Source of the DNA: a virus
Direction: 5' to 3' (one strand)
Length of the DNA stretch: 64,000 bases
Virus record (IMG/VR): IMGVR_UViG_3300043449_000492
Coordinates: 96,001-160,000 of that record
Each line of letters opens with the position of its first letter. Position 1 is the first letter of the stretch. A program made the translations under genes and the position numbers. Below the pieces are notes generated by a model that saw only the letters and a program-made list of their open reading frames with translations, was not told the origin of the DNA and ran no database searches. Positions 38,673 through 45,522 of this stretch are shown piece after piece.

Positions 38673-39294
38673 GTTCTTTAGAGACAATGGTTTTATGTTA
38701 GTTCAAAACGTATTTACTCCAGAGGAATGTTTAGAAGTAACAGAAAGAATGTTTCTAAAGTGCGAACCACCAGATTCCATGTGTCCAAAGTCAGAGGGGG
38801 CTTATGCCCTCTTTGACGACTATCTCTATAAGAAGAAGGAAATCTTTGAAAGAGCGATTGGATTAGAATTGCATCCAACTTACACATATACACGATTATA
38901 TCGTCCTAATGAACTTCTATGGATGCATGTTGATAGAGAATCTTGTGAGGTTACTGCATCTGTAACTATAAGCTTTAAGGGAAACTCAATCTGGCCTATC
39001 TACTTTCTAGAAAGACAAAAATCTTTAGAAGTTAGAGACAAGTATATTATGAAAAATATTCAGTATTATGAGGTAGATCAAAACGACATTCAGAATCAAA
39101 TTGCTGTAACTATTGATGCTGGTGATGCAGCGGTGTTTCGAGGAATGGAACTATTTCATTGGCGCAGAGAATATACTCAAGGCGAATGGCAAATACAAAT
39201 GTTCTTACACTATGTTGATGCTAATGGTCCTTGTAAGGACTTTAAATGGGACAAGAGAGAACAATTGGGTATTAAAAAGAAAGGACCTTATTAA
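38656..39294 (+). CDS. 2OG-Fe(II) oxygenase (prolyl-hydroxylase-like)
   Basis: YTRLY...L..HVDRESCE (HxD), GDA.VF.G....HWR, Q.FLHYVD. Confidence 0.78.
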   Translation: MLPQHEFFRDNGFMLVQNVFTPEECLEVTERMFLKCEPPDSMCPKSEGAYALFDDYLYKKKEIFERAIGLELHPTYTYTRLYRPNELLWMHVDRESCEVTASVTISFKGNSIWPIYFLERQKSLEVRDKYIMKNIQYYEVDQNDIQNQIAVTIDAGDAAVFRGMELFHWRREYTQGEWQIQMFLHYVDANGPCKDFKWDKREQLGIKKKGPY

Positions 39295-39662
39295 TGGAAC
39301 CGGGAACTGATTACAAGTTTAGGGATGATATGTTTGACGCTAATCAATCAGAATCTACCGTTCCTATTGAATTATTGATTGAACCATTCAATGGAGTCAT
39401 CTATCGTTATACAACGGTAAGATTCAAGTTAGGTGAAGACGATGTTCCTAGACTACAGTATGATTATGATATCGTGAAGACGAATGACCTTTCGATGATT
39501 ACACTAAGAAAGAATCAGAAGTTCAATGATATTCTAGGATTGATTCTTAATGCGATGTTGCTAGACCTGGGGGATGCGAGTGAAACTACGACTGGAACAA
39601 ATAATTCTGAAGAACCTAATTCAGAGGGAAGACTTCACGAGGAAGGTCCTACCGTTCCTTAA
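39294..39662 (+). CDS. gp40-like head assembly chaperone
   Basis: Sits between uvsX and gp41 as in T4; F.GVIY.Y..V...E pattern. Confidence 0.5.
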   Translation: MEPGTDYKFRDDMFDANQSESTVPIELLIEPFNGVIYRYTTVRFKLGEDDVPRLQYDYDIVKTNDLSMITLRKNQKFNDILGLILNAMLLDLGDASETTTGTNNSEEPNSEGRLHEEGPTVP

Positions 39663-40971
39663 AGAGGAGTATTTTACCAGTCTAGAAGATCGGCTACTTT
39701 ATAAAGAAGTAGCCGACTTCGTCCTCAAGTATAATCAACAACCAACCTTTGATGCTCTCTCTATTGCGGTTGATGAAATCCGTGGTGGCACGGATGATAC
39801 AATCAAGCAAATCCAAGAGACATTAGATGCTCTCAAAAAAGACACAGATTCGACAAATCCAGATTGGCTTCTAGACACAACCGAAAAGTTTTGTCAGGAG
39901 AAGGCAATCTATCTGGCGATCACTGAGTCTTTGGAGATTATGAATGGTAAGGGCAAACTAACTAAGGGAGCAATCCCTTCTCTTTTGTCAGATGCCTTGT
40001 CTATCTCGTTTGATCCTAATGTTGGTCATGATTACTTTGACAATGCAGATAATCGTTATGAGTATTATCACCGTGTGCAGGAGAAGCTTCCCTTTGATCT
40101 GGAATTTCTTAACAAGATTACAAAGAATGGAGTCCCACGAAAGACGCTTAATGTTGTCATGGCTGGTGTTGGCGTCGGTAAATCTCTTACTCTTTGTCAT
40201 CTTTCTGCTGCTTATCTCAATCAAGGTAAAAATGTTCTATACATAACTCTTGAACTTGCAGAGGAAGAAGTGGCGAAGAGAATCGATGCAAACCTTCTAA
40301 ATGTAACAATTGACGACCTTTTGGTTCTTCCAAAGGATCTATATGATAAGAAGGTTGGCAACATTCGTAAGAAGACCGATGGCAAGCTTATCATCAAGGA
40401 ATATCCAACTACAACTGCATCGACCAATCACTTCAAGAGTCTGCTCAATGAGCTAAGCCTCAAGAAAAGTTTTGTGCCTGATGTTATCCTGATTGATTAT
40501 ATTAACATCTGTGCTTCTGCAAGAGTGAAGCCTGGAGTTGCTAACTCATATACATACATCAAGGCAATTGCAGAAGAACTTAGAGGACTTGCAGTTGAAT
40601 ATAATGTCCCACTCTGGACAGCTACACAGCTAACGAGAGGCGGTTACGGTTCGTCTGATCCTGACATGACAGATACTGCAGAGTCGTTTGGTCTACCTGC
40701 AACTGCGGACTTGTTTCTTGCAGCAATCACCAATGAGCAACTGGAACAACTAAACCAATTGATGTTCAAGCAGCTAAAGAATCGTTACAATGATCCATCA
40801 TTAAATAAACGATTCATTATTGGGGTTGACAGATCACGCATGAAGTTGTATGATGTAGAACAATCAGCACAAGACATTGTTGACTCCGGGCAAGAGGAAG
40901 AAGAAAAGCCAAAGCCTAGATTTGGAAACACATCAACCAGCAATAACAAGTTTAAAGGATTGAAAGTATGA
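39574..40971 (+). CDS. gp41: Replicative DNA helicase (gp41)
   Basis: AGVGVGKS, YITLE.AEE, IKEYPT, IDYINIC, AEELRGLA, ESFGLPATAD, KQLKNRY. Confidence 0.97.
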   Translation: MRVKLRLEQIILKNLIQREDFTRKVLPFLKEEYFTSLEDRLLYKEVADFVLKYNQQPTFDALSIAVDEIRGGTDDTIKQIQETLDALKKDTDSTNPDWLLDTTEKFCQEKAIYLAITESLEIMNGKGKLTKGAIPSLLSDALSISFDPNVGHDYFDNADNRYEYYHRVQEKLPFDLEFLNKITKNGVPRKTLNVVMAGVGVGKSLTLCHLSAAYLNQGKNVLYITLELAEEEVAKRIDANLLNVTIDDLLVLPKDLYDKKVGNIRKKTDGKLIIKEYPTTTASTNHFKSLLNELSLKKSFVPDVILIDYINICASARVKPGVANSYTYIKAIAEELRGLAVEYNVPLWTATQLTRGGYGSSDPDMTDTAESFGLPATADLFLAAITNEQLEQLNQLMFKQLKNRYNDPSLNKRFIIGVDRSRMKLYDVEQSAQDIVDSGQEEEEKPKPRFGNTSTSNNKFKGLKV

Positions 40972-41207
40972 AGCTATATACATATTATCCAGAGTTTGAT
41001 GAAAACGAAGACGTTAAGTGGCTTGTCAATGAGAAGACAACCGAACAGATTGTTGGTGAATTTTGGTTTGAGGAAGATGCAACAGAGTTTGCGACGTTTC
41101 TGGAACGTGGTGGAGGATTCGCAGGATTTACTCCTGCTTTCATCTTAAAAAAGACACATTCCTATGATATCAATGACGCATTCGCTGCGGAGTTCGTGGA
41201 GGAATAG
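40968..41207 (+). CDS. Hypothetical protein
   Basis: Coupled to gp41; GGGF.GFTP.F motif. Confidence 0.7.
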   Translation: MKLYTYYPEFDENEDVKWLVNEKTTEQIVGEFWFEEDATEFATFLERGGGFAGFTPAFILKKTHSYDINDAFAAEFVEE

Positions 41208-41220
41208 TAGTCAGAGTGCC

Positions 41221-41248
41221 TTGACATTCCTTAGCGACCGTATATAAT
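41221..41248 (+). promoter_or_regulatory. sigma70-type promoter at the start of the tRNA region
   Basis: TTGACATTCC...TATAAT, 16-nt spacer. Confidence 0.7.
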
Positions 41249-41367
41249 GGAAACATGATCGAGAAACAAAACTTTCGCTTGGAAATGTTCAAGTCAATCT
41301 TATGGGGATGGCTAACAGGAAACATGATAGGCATGTTGATCTGTTCTATCGCCTTCTAGGAATCAAT

Positions 41368-41444
41368 GGTCCCGTAGCTCAGCCGGATAGAGCATCTGCC
41401 TTCTAAGCAGAGGGTCGCACGTTCGAATCGTGCCGGGATCGCCA
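41368..41444 (+). tRNA. tRNA-Arg(UCU)
   Basis: Canonical cloverleaf, loop CTTCTAA, encoded CCA. Confidence 0.95.
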
Positions 41445-41448
41445 ATTT

Positions 41449-41540
41449 GGGGGTGGGTGTTGGTACACAGGGAGGCCTTATAAGCCTTCTAGCGGCAGAT
41501 TACCGTTCTCGACAGGGTTCGAATCCTTGCACCCCTACCA
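41449..41540 (+). tRNA. Atypical tRNA with UAU anticodon (Ile by anticodon) and long variable arm
   Basis: GGGGGTG/CACCCCT acceptor, loop CTTATAA, T-arm CAGGG-TTCGAAT-CCTTG, ACCA end. Confidence 0.75.
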
Positions 41541-41632
41541 AAAAAGTGAGAAAAAACGTAAAAATATCGCTTGACATTACTGTTTGTGTGCTATATAATG
41601 ATGCAACAATGAAACTTCGGAGAGTGCGAACG

Positions 41633-41827
41633 ATGAAGGACGAGAACGTAAAGAGAGAATCCTACTGGATAGTCGAAATGGCTCAGGGTGAGAAGGTATT
41701 ATACCAGAACACCTTTAAGAATTTCGAGTCTGCTTGGACCAAGTATGAGTCCTTCAAAGAGAAGGATATAAAGGGTAAGGCTTCTGTCATGTTACAGAGA
41801 CGTTACAAGGAATACAAGATAGCTTAA
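41633..41827 (+). CDS. Hypothetical protein
   Basis: GGAG RBS; promoter TTGACA..TATAAT at 41571-41599. Confidence 0.65.
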   Translation: MKDENVKRESYWIVEMAQGEKVLYQNTFKNFESAWTKYESFKEKDIKGKASVMLQRRYKEYKIA

Positions 41828-41968
41828 CTGACATGAAGGACGGTACCCGTATGCGAAACGGGGAGAACATTCTGGGTGATCGCACATCTGGCATTAAGTA
41901 TCCGTTAAACCCTTTGGTAAATGACGGAGCGTTTCTTCTTCTTAATGCGTATAAATGGAGATAGTGAA

Positions 41969-42211
41969 ATGAAGTATGCAATTATTGGTATCGCTATGTT
42001 AGTCTCGGGTGCTGCTTTCGCTGCTCCGTATGGCACTTACCAGAATCCTGTTCAGGATCCGCCGTTCACTGGTGATTGGTCCGTTCCAGTTCATCGTGGC
42101 TTGTATTGTGTCCAGGGAACTTGGCACTATGGTTGGCTTCGTCCTTGGGAAGGTCAGATGGTTGTGAAGTCGTCATGTGGAACCGCTGTTTATCAGGTTC
42201 CTGTTAACTAA
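41969..42211 (+). CDS. Secreted hypothetical protein
   Basis: Signal peptide ending AAFA; GGAG RBS. Confidence 0.7.
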   Translation: MKYAIIGIAMLVSGAAFAAPYGTYQNPVQDPPFTGDWSVPVHRGLYCVQGTWHYGWLRPWEGQMVVKSSCGTAVYQVPVN

Positions 42212-42217
42212 TACAAT

Positions 42218-42292
42218 GGGGCATGAGTCGGACGCTAAGGCGCAGGACTGCAAATCCTTGAGAACCCGGTTGAACTCCGGGATGCCCCTCCA
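42218..42292 (+). tRNA. tRNA-Cys(GCA)
   Basis: Loop CTGCAAA, U73, CCA. Confidence 0.88.
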
Positions 42293-42398
42293 TTTCTTTC
42301 ATAAGTGTTCTCGCCTAGAGAACATGGTTGCAAACTTGCTAGGTCGTTTCTTGGATAAGCTGAAATAGGCAAAGCGGAGAACACTTATGAAAGAAATG
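42291..42398 (+). repeat. 22-bp perfect inverted repeat enclosing 64 nt (candidate structured RNA)
   Basis: CATTTCTTTCATAAGTGTTCTC ... GAGAACACTTATGAAAGAAATG. Confidence 0.85.
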
Positions 42399-42403
42399 AA
42401 CAT

Positions 42404-42479
42404 TTCCCGATAGCTCAGTTGGTAGAGCAAGCGACTGTTAATCGCTGTGTCCCTGGTTCGAGCCCAGGTCGGGAAGCCA
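42404..42479 (+). tRNA. tRNA-Asn(GUU)
   Basis: Loop CTGTTAA, G73, CCA. Confidence 0.95.
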
Positions 42480-42551
42480 ATACTATAGTGGTCTACTGGA
42501 ATGATGCCACGTCGGATAAGCAAGCAACGGCAAGTTGCTTCACCACTATAT

Positions 42552-42627
42552 GGGTCCATAGCTCAATAGGTAGAGCAAGGGTCTTTTAAACCCAAGGTTC
42601 CGAGTTCAAATCTCGGTGGACCCTCCA
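42552..42627 (+). tRNA. tRNA-Lys(UUU)
   Basis: Loop CTTTTAA, CCA. Confidence 0.92.
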
Positions 42628-42628
42628 T

Positions 42629-42704
42629 GCTGGTATAGCTCAGACGGTAGAGCAGTTGCCTCGTAAGCATCAGGTCGTGGGTTCGATTCCTGCTACCAGC
42701 ACCA
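42629..42704 (+). tRNA. tRNA-Thr(CGU)
   Basis: Loop CTCGTAA, CCA. Confidence 0.92.
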
Positions 42705-42719
42705 CTTTTATAGAGAGTA

Positions 42720-43259
42720 ATGAGTATAAAGCATAAACATCACATTATACCGAGGCATATGGGCGGAACAGATGATTCAACAAACATCGTTGACCTGACG
42801 ATAGAGGAACATGCCGAAGCGCACAGAATCTTGTATGAGAAATATGGTAATGAGAAAGATAAACTTGCTTGGCAAGGATTGCTTGGTCTTGTTCCAAAAG
42901 CTGATATTATGCAAAGTCTTCATCGATTAGGTAGAGAGAAGGCAGATAACATTATAAAAGAAAAATATGGAGTATCTAATCCAGGTCAGTTGTTACATAA
43001 TAGACAAAGAACCTCGGAACAAAATAGAAGACTACATAAAGAAGGTAGAATGTCCGCTCCTGATTGGACGGGCAAAAAACATAGAGAAGAAACGAAACGA
43101 TTGATTGGAGCGAAAAACTCAGTGATACAATCGGGGAGTGGAAACTCACAGTTCGGTACTATGTGGATAACAGATGGCAAACAGAGTAAAAAGATAAAAA
43201 GAGTAGATGCTATACCCGAAGGATGGTATAGAGGTAGAGTTATTGCGGACGTGGTATAG
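42720..43259 (+). mobile_element. Free-standing HNH homing endonuclease with NUMOD-type C-terminus
   Basis: [13 protein letters not shown]...N...LT.EEHAEAH; [25 protein letters not shown]. Confidence 0.88.
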
Positions 43260-43320
43260 ATAGATGTGCCCTAGACTTCCAATCTAGAGAGGACCAGAGC
43301 GTTACTGGCCGTCCGCTCCA
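43245..43320 (+). tRNA. tRNA-Gly(UCC), non-canonical T-loop
   Basis: GCGGACG/CGTCCGC, loop CTTCCAA, U73, CCA; T-loop AGCGTTA. Confidence 0.85.
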
Positions 43321-43532
43321 ATAACCATCATAGGAGTTGAACGCCCTATGGTCACTATATATTCTCTGAGTTGTCGAGGTATATAGACATGAGTATCTGG
43401 CTACTCGGAGGTCCAGAAGACAACTCGTCTTATCAGTTCAATAATCTGCCACAACGAAATAGTGGCTGGGAGATAGTAGTAACTCCCGACGAGTTCGTCC
43501 ATGGGGCCGACGTTAAATGTCCCCACCAGTTT

Positions 43533-43607
43533 AGCGGGTGGGTGGTTTAGTATCACAGGTGCCTCATACGCACCTAGAAGTGGGGGCAGATCCCACACCC
43601 GCTTCCA
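43533..43607 (+). tRNA. tRNA with CAU anticodon (Met; Ile2 not excluded), non-canonical T-loop
   Basis: AGCGGGT/ACCCGCT, loop CTCATAC, T-arm GTGGG-GGCAGAT-CCCAC, CCA. Confidence 0.75.
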
Positions 43608-43715
43608 ATAACCGTGCTTGGCCCGTCACGGCATATAAATCTTTCGGGGGTCAACATTAGGGGTTCGCCTTCCATCGTGAGCGCCTTGTGTCAATGGCTA
43701 ACGGGCCGCCAGTTT

Positions 43716-43789
43716 ATCGGTGTGGTGTAATGGTAGCACAAGGGTCTCCAAAACTCTTAGTTGGGGTTCGAATCCTCACTCCGGTGCCA
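43716..43789 (+). tRNA. tRNA-Trp(CCA)
   Basis: Loop CTCCAAA, G73, CCA. Confidence 0.9.
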
Positions 43790-43792
43790 GTA

Positions 43793-43891
43793 TTATAATG
43801 TGAGTGGATAACTATCAGGACGCTGCCGTTGAAGTGGGATATCGGGTTGATCGCCGAGAAGACATGGAGGGGTTATCCACTCTCATTATAA
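43793..43891 (+). repeat. About 20-bp inverted repeat (one mismatch) enclosing about 60 nt (candidate structured RNA)
   Basis: TTATAATGTGAGTGGATAAC ... GTTATCCACTCTCATTATAA. Confidence 0.8.
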
Positions 43892-43896
43892 TATAT

Positions 43897-43974
43897 CGGG
43901 GTGTAGCGCAGTCTGGTTAGCGTGGCTGATTTGGAGTCAGTAGGTCGCAGGTTCGAATCCTGCTACCCCGACCA
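43897..43974 (+). tRNA. tRNA-Pro(UGG)
   Basis: C1:G72, A73, loop TTTGGAG. Confidence 0.95.
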
Positions 43975-43992
43975 ACAGAAGAGGATAATTAA

Positions 43993-44178
43993 ATGTTTGA
44001 GATTACAGAACAGACAAAGGTCGCAGCAGTGGAAGCAATGCGTGAAGCACTTCTATCAGGTGTAAATGAAGACGTTCTTAAGAGCGTTTTGGCAGGACAT
44101 GAAGCTGACTTTGATGCTCGTCTTGGTGCTGCTTTCGATGCTGCTGTTGTTTGTGTTAAGGCACAGTTCGGCATGTAA
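43993..44178 (+). CDS. Hypothetical protein
   Basis: GAGGA RBS; typical codon usage. Confidence 0.65.
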   Translation: MFEITEQTKVAAVEAMREALLSGVNEDVLKSVLAGHEADFDARLGAAFDAAVVCVKAQFGM

Positions 44179-44187
44179 TGATTATGT

Positions 44188-44273
44188 GGATCGTGGGCAG
44201 GATGGTAATGCAGCGGTTTGCTAAACCGTAGAACCGCAAGGTTCAATTGGTTCGACTCCAATACGATCCGCCA
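44188..44273 (+). tRNA. tRNA-Ser(GCU)
   Basis: Loop TTGCTAA, long variable arm, G73. Confidence 0.92.
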
Positions 44274-44357
44274 GGAGGATAGCGTTCATGGTGAGCGAAG
44301 CGTCTTGAAAACGCTGCCCCCGAAAGGGTGATGGTTCGATTCCTTTATCCTCCGCCA
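44274..44357 (+). tRNA. tRNA-Ser(UGA)
   Basis: Loop CTTGAAA, variable arm CCC-GAAA-GGG, G73; directly abuts the previous tRNA. Confidence 0.9.
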
Positions 44358-44607
44358 AAGATTAGGTCAAAAGAATGCTAAAGTTACTACTTGTGTTATG
44401 GATATCAATAGGGATTTTAGCATTTCTCTTGAGCCTAGGAGATAGATAGATGTAGCATGTATAGCAGGGCCTCCAAGCCTAGACATGCCTGACCGAAGCA
44501 CAGCCACCTTGATTGATCGTCTATGGGTGCGTCGAGGCCTAGGAAGGTGGGGCATACGATCTGACCCTTAGAAGGAGTAGCGCCCTTCCTCTATCTTATA
44601 AGTTTAT

Positions 44608-44683
44608 GGATCCTTAGCTCAGTTGGTAGAGCGTCTGCTTTACACGCAGAATGTCGGCAGTTCGAACCTGTCAGGATCTACCA
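44608..44683 (+). tRNA. tRNA-Val(UAC)
   Basis: Loop TTTACAC, CCA. Confidence 0.95.
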
Positions 44684-44687
44684 ATAT

Positions 44688-44764
44688 GCCCTTCTAGCCC
44701 AACTGGCAGAGGCGTCAGTCTTAGGAACTGAAGGTTCTCCGTTCGAATCGGAGGAGGGGCACCA
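44688..44764 (+). tRNA. tRNA-Leu(UAG), short variable loop
   Basis: Loop CTTAGGA, A73. Confidence 0.9.
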
Positions 44765-44765
44765 A

Positions 44766-44841
44766 GGCCTTGTAGCTCAATCGGGAGAGCGCCAGCTTGT
44801 CACGCTGGAGGTAGTCGGATCGAAACCGATCAAGGTCGCCA
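44766..44841 (+). tRNA. tRNA-Asp(GUC)
   Basis: Loop TTGTCAC, G73. Confidence 0.93.
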
Positions 44842-44917
44842 GGGGGATTAGCTCAGTTGGGAGAGCGTCTGATTTGCATTCAGAAGGTCATCGGTTCGAT
44901 CCCGGTATCCTCCACCA
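44842..44917 (+). tRNA. tRNA-Ala(UGC)
   Basis: G3:U70, loop TTTGCAT, A73. Confidence 0.95.
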
Positions 44918-44923
44918 GTTTAT

Positions 44924-44998
44924 AGACCTGTAGCTCAGAGGCAGAGCAGAGGACTCTTAATCCTCGTGTCGGGATTTCAAAATTCCCCAGGTCTACCA
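44924..44998 (+). tRNA. tRNA-Lys(CUU)
   Basis: Loop CTCTTAA, CCA. Confidence 0.9.
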
Positions 44999-45003
44999 AT
45001 AAC

Positions 45004-45060
45004 GGGCAAGTGCCAGGGGCATTCTAGATAGATGGGGTTCGAGTCCCCTCTTGTCCACCA
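45004..45060 (+). ncRNA. 57-nt anticodon-less tRNA-like RNA with alanine identity
   Basis: GGGCAAG/CTTGTCC (G3:U70), A73-CCA, T-arm GGGG-TTCGAGT-CCCC; only about 22 nt replace the D and anticodon arms. Confidence 0.65.
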
Positions 45061-45064
45061 TTTC

Positions 45065-45139
45065 GGCTCCATCGTCTAACGGTTAGGACAGCGGCCTTTC
45101 AAGCCGTCAATACGAGTTCGAATCTCGTTGGAGTCACCA
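45065..45139 (+). tRNA. tRNA-Glu(UUC)
   Basis: Loop CTTTCAA, CCA. Confidence 0.93.
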
Positions 45140-45208
45140 TTAAATAAGAGTTGCCACGCTTCCTCTATGCTTAACGAGATAGATAGCGCACCCGGCAACT
45201 TACTTTTC

Positions 45209-45284
45209 GCTTCTCTAGTGTAGGTGATCCGCACGACTGTTTGAAGCACAGTAGGACTGAGTTTGATTCTTAGGGGAAGCACCA
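45209..45284 (+). tRNA. tRNA-Phe(GAA), atypical loops
   Basis: ACTGT-TTGAAGC-ACAGT, GCTTCTC/GGGAAGC acceptor, ACCA. Confidence 0.75.
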
Positions 45285-45444
45285 TGAAACATGTAGGCGG
45301 TATTATAGGAGCAACAAAACAAGTTGACTTCTATTGTGAAGTGCCATTGAGAATAAAAAACAACAATCCTATTAACTGGAATCCAGGCATTTATCTCGAT
45401 AAAAGAACATGCTATCCAGTTTTGATTATTGTTCAAGAAAGATT

Positions 45445-45522
45445 GCCCTCGTAGCCCAATCTGGTAGAGGCACATGACTCAAAATTATGTAGTTGTCGGT
45501 TCGACTCCGACCGAGGGTACCA
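45445..45522 (+). tRNA. tRNA-Leu(CAA), short variable loop
   Basis: Loop CTCAAAA, A73. Confidence 0.88.

Noticed and set aside
38656-39294. TET/JBP 5mC dioxygenase
   Set aside because: Motif spacing matches the small prolyl-hydroxylase-like phage 2OG oxygenases, not TET/JBP.
41447-41632. N-terminal extension of the 41447..41827 ORF
   Set aside because: It overlaps the UAU tRNA and a promoter; the real start is most likely the ATG at 41633 with a GGAG RBS.
43496-43660. Pistol ribozyme or SAM-II riboswitch (P1, pseudoknot, TAAAT linker)
   Set aside because: Loop lengths differ, and the conserved GCG/P2-P3 core of pistol and the SAM-II consensus bases are absent. Kept only as generic pseudoknots.
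43325-43711. Complete or permuted tmRNA gene
   Set aside because: There is no G3:U70 acceptor with a T-arm linked to these pseudoknots, and no recognisable tag reading frame.
45022-45032. TTCTAGA in the mini-tRNA as an amber-suppressor (CUA) anticodon loop, implying stop-codon recoding
   Set aside because: No flanking stem closes this loop, core genes are intact in the standard code, and TAG is used as a normal stop (e.g. 49293, 37574).
45140-45208. HDV-like (theta) ribozyme after a tRNA 3' end
   Set aside because: TTCCTC resembles L3, but I could not build the P1/P1.1/P2/P4 nested double pseudoknot.
45284-45454. 56-aa ORF between tRNA-Phe and tRNA-Leu(CAA)
   Set aside because: Its start and stop both overlap tRNA genes and it shows no motif. 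Possible, but not supportable as a feature.
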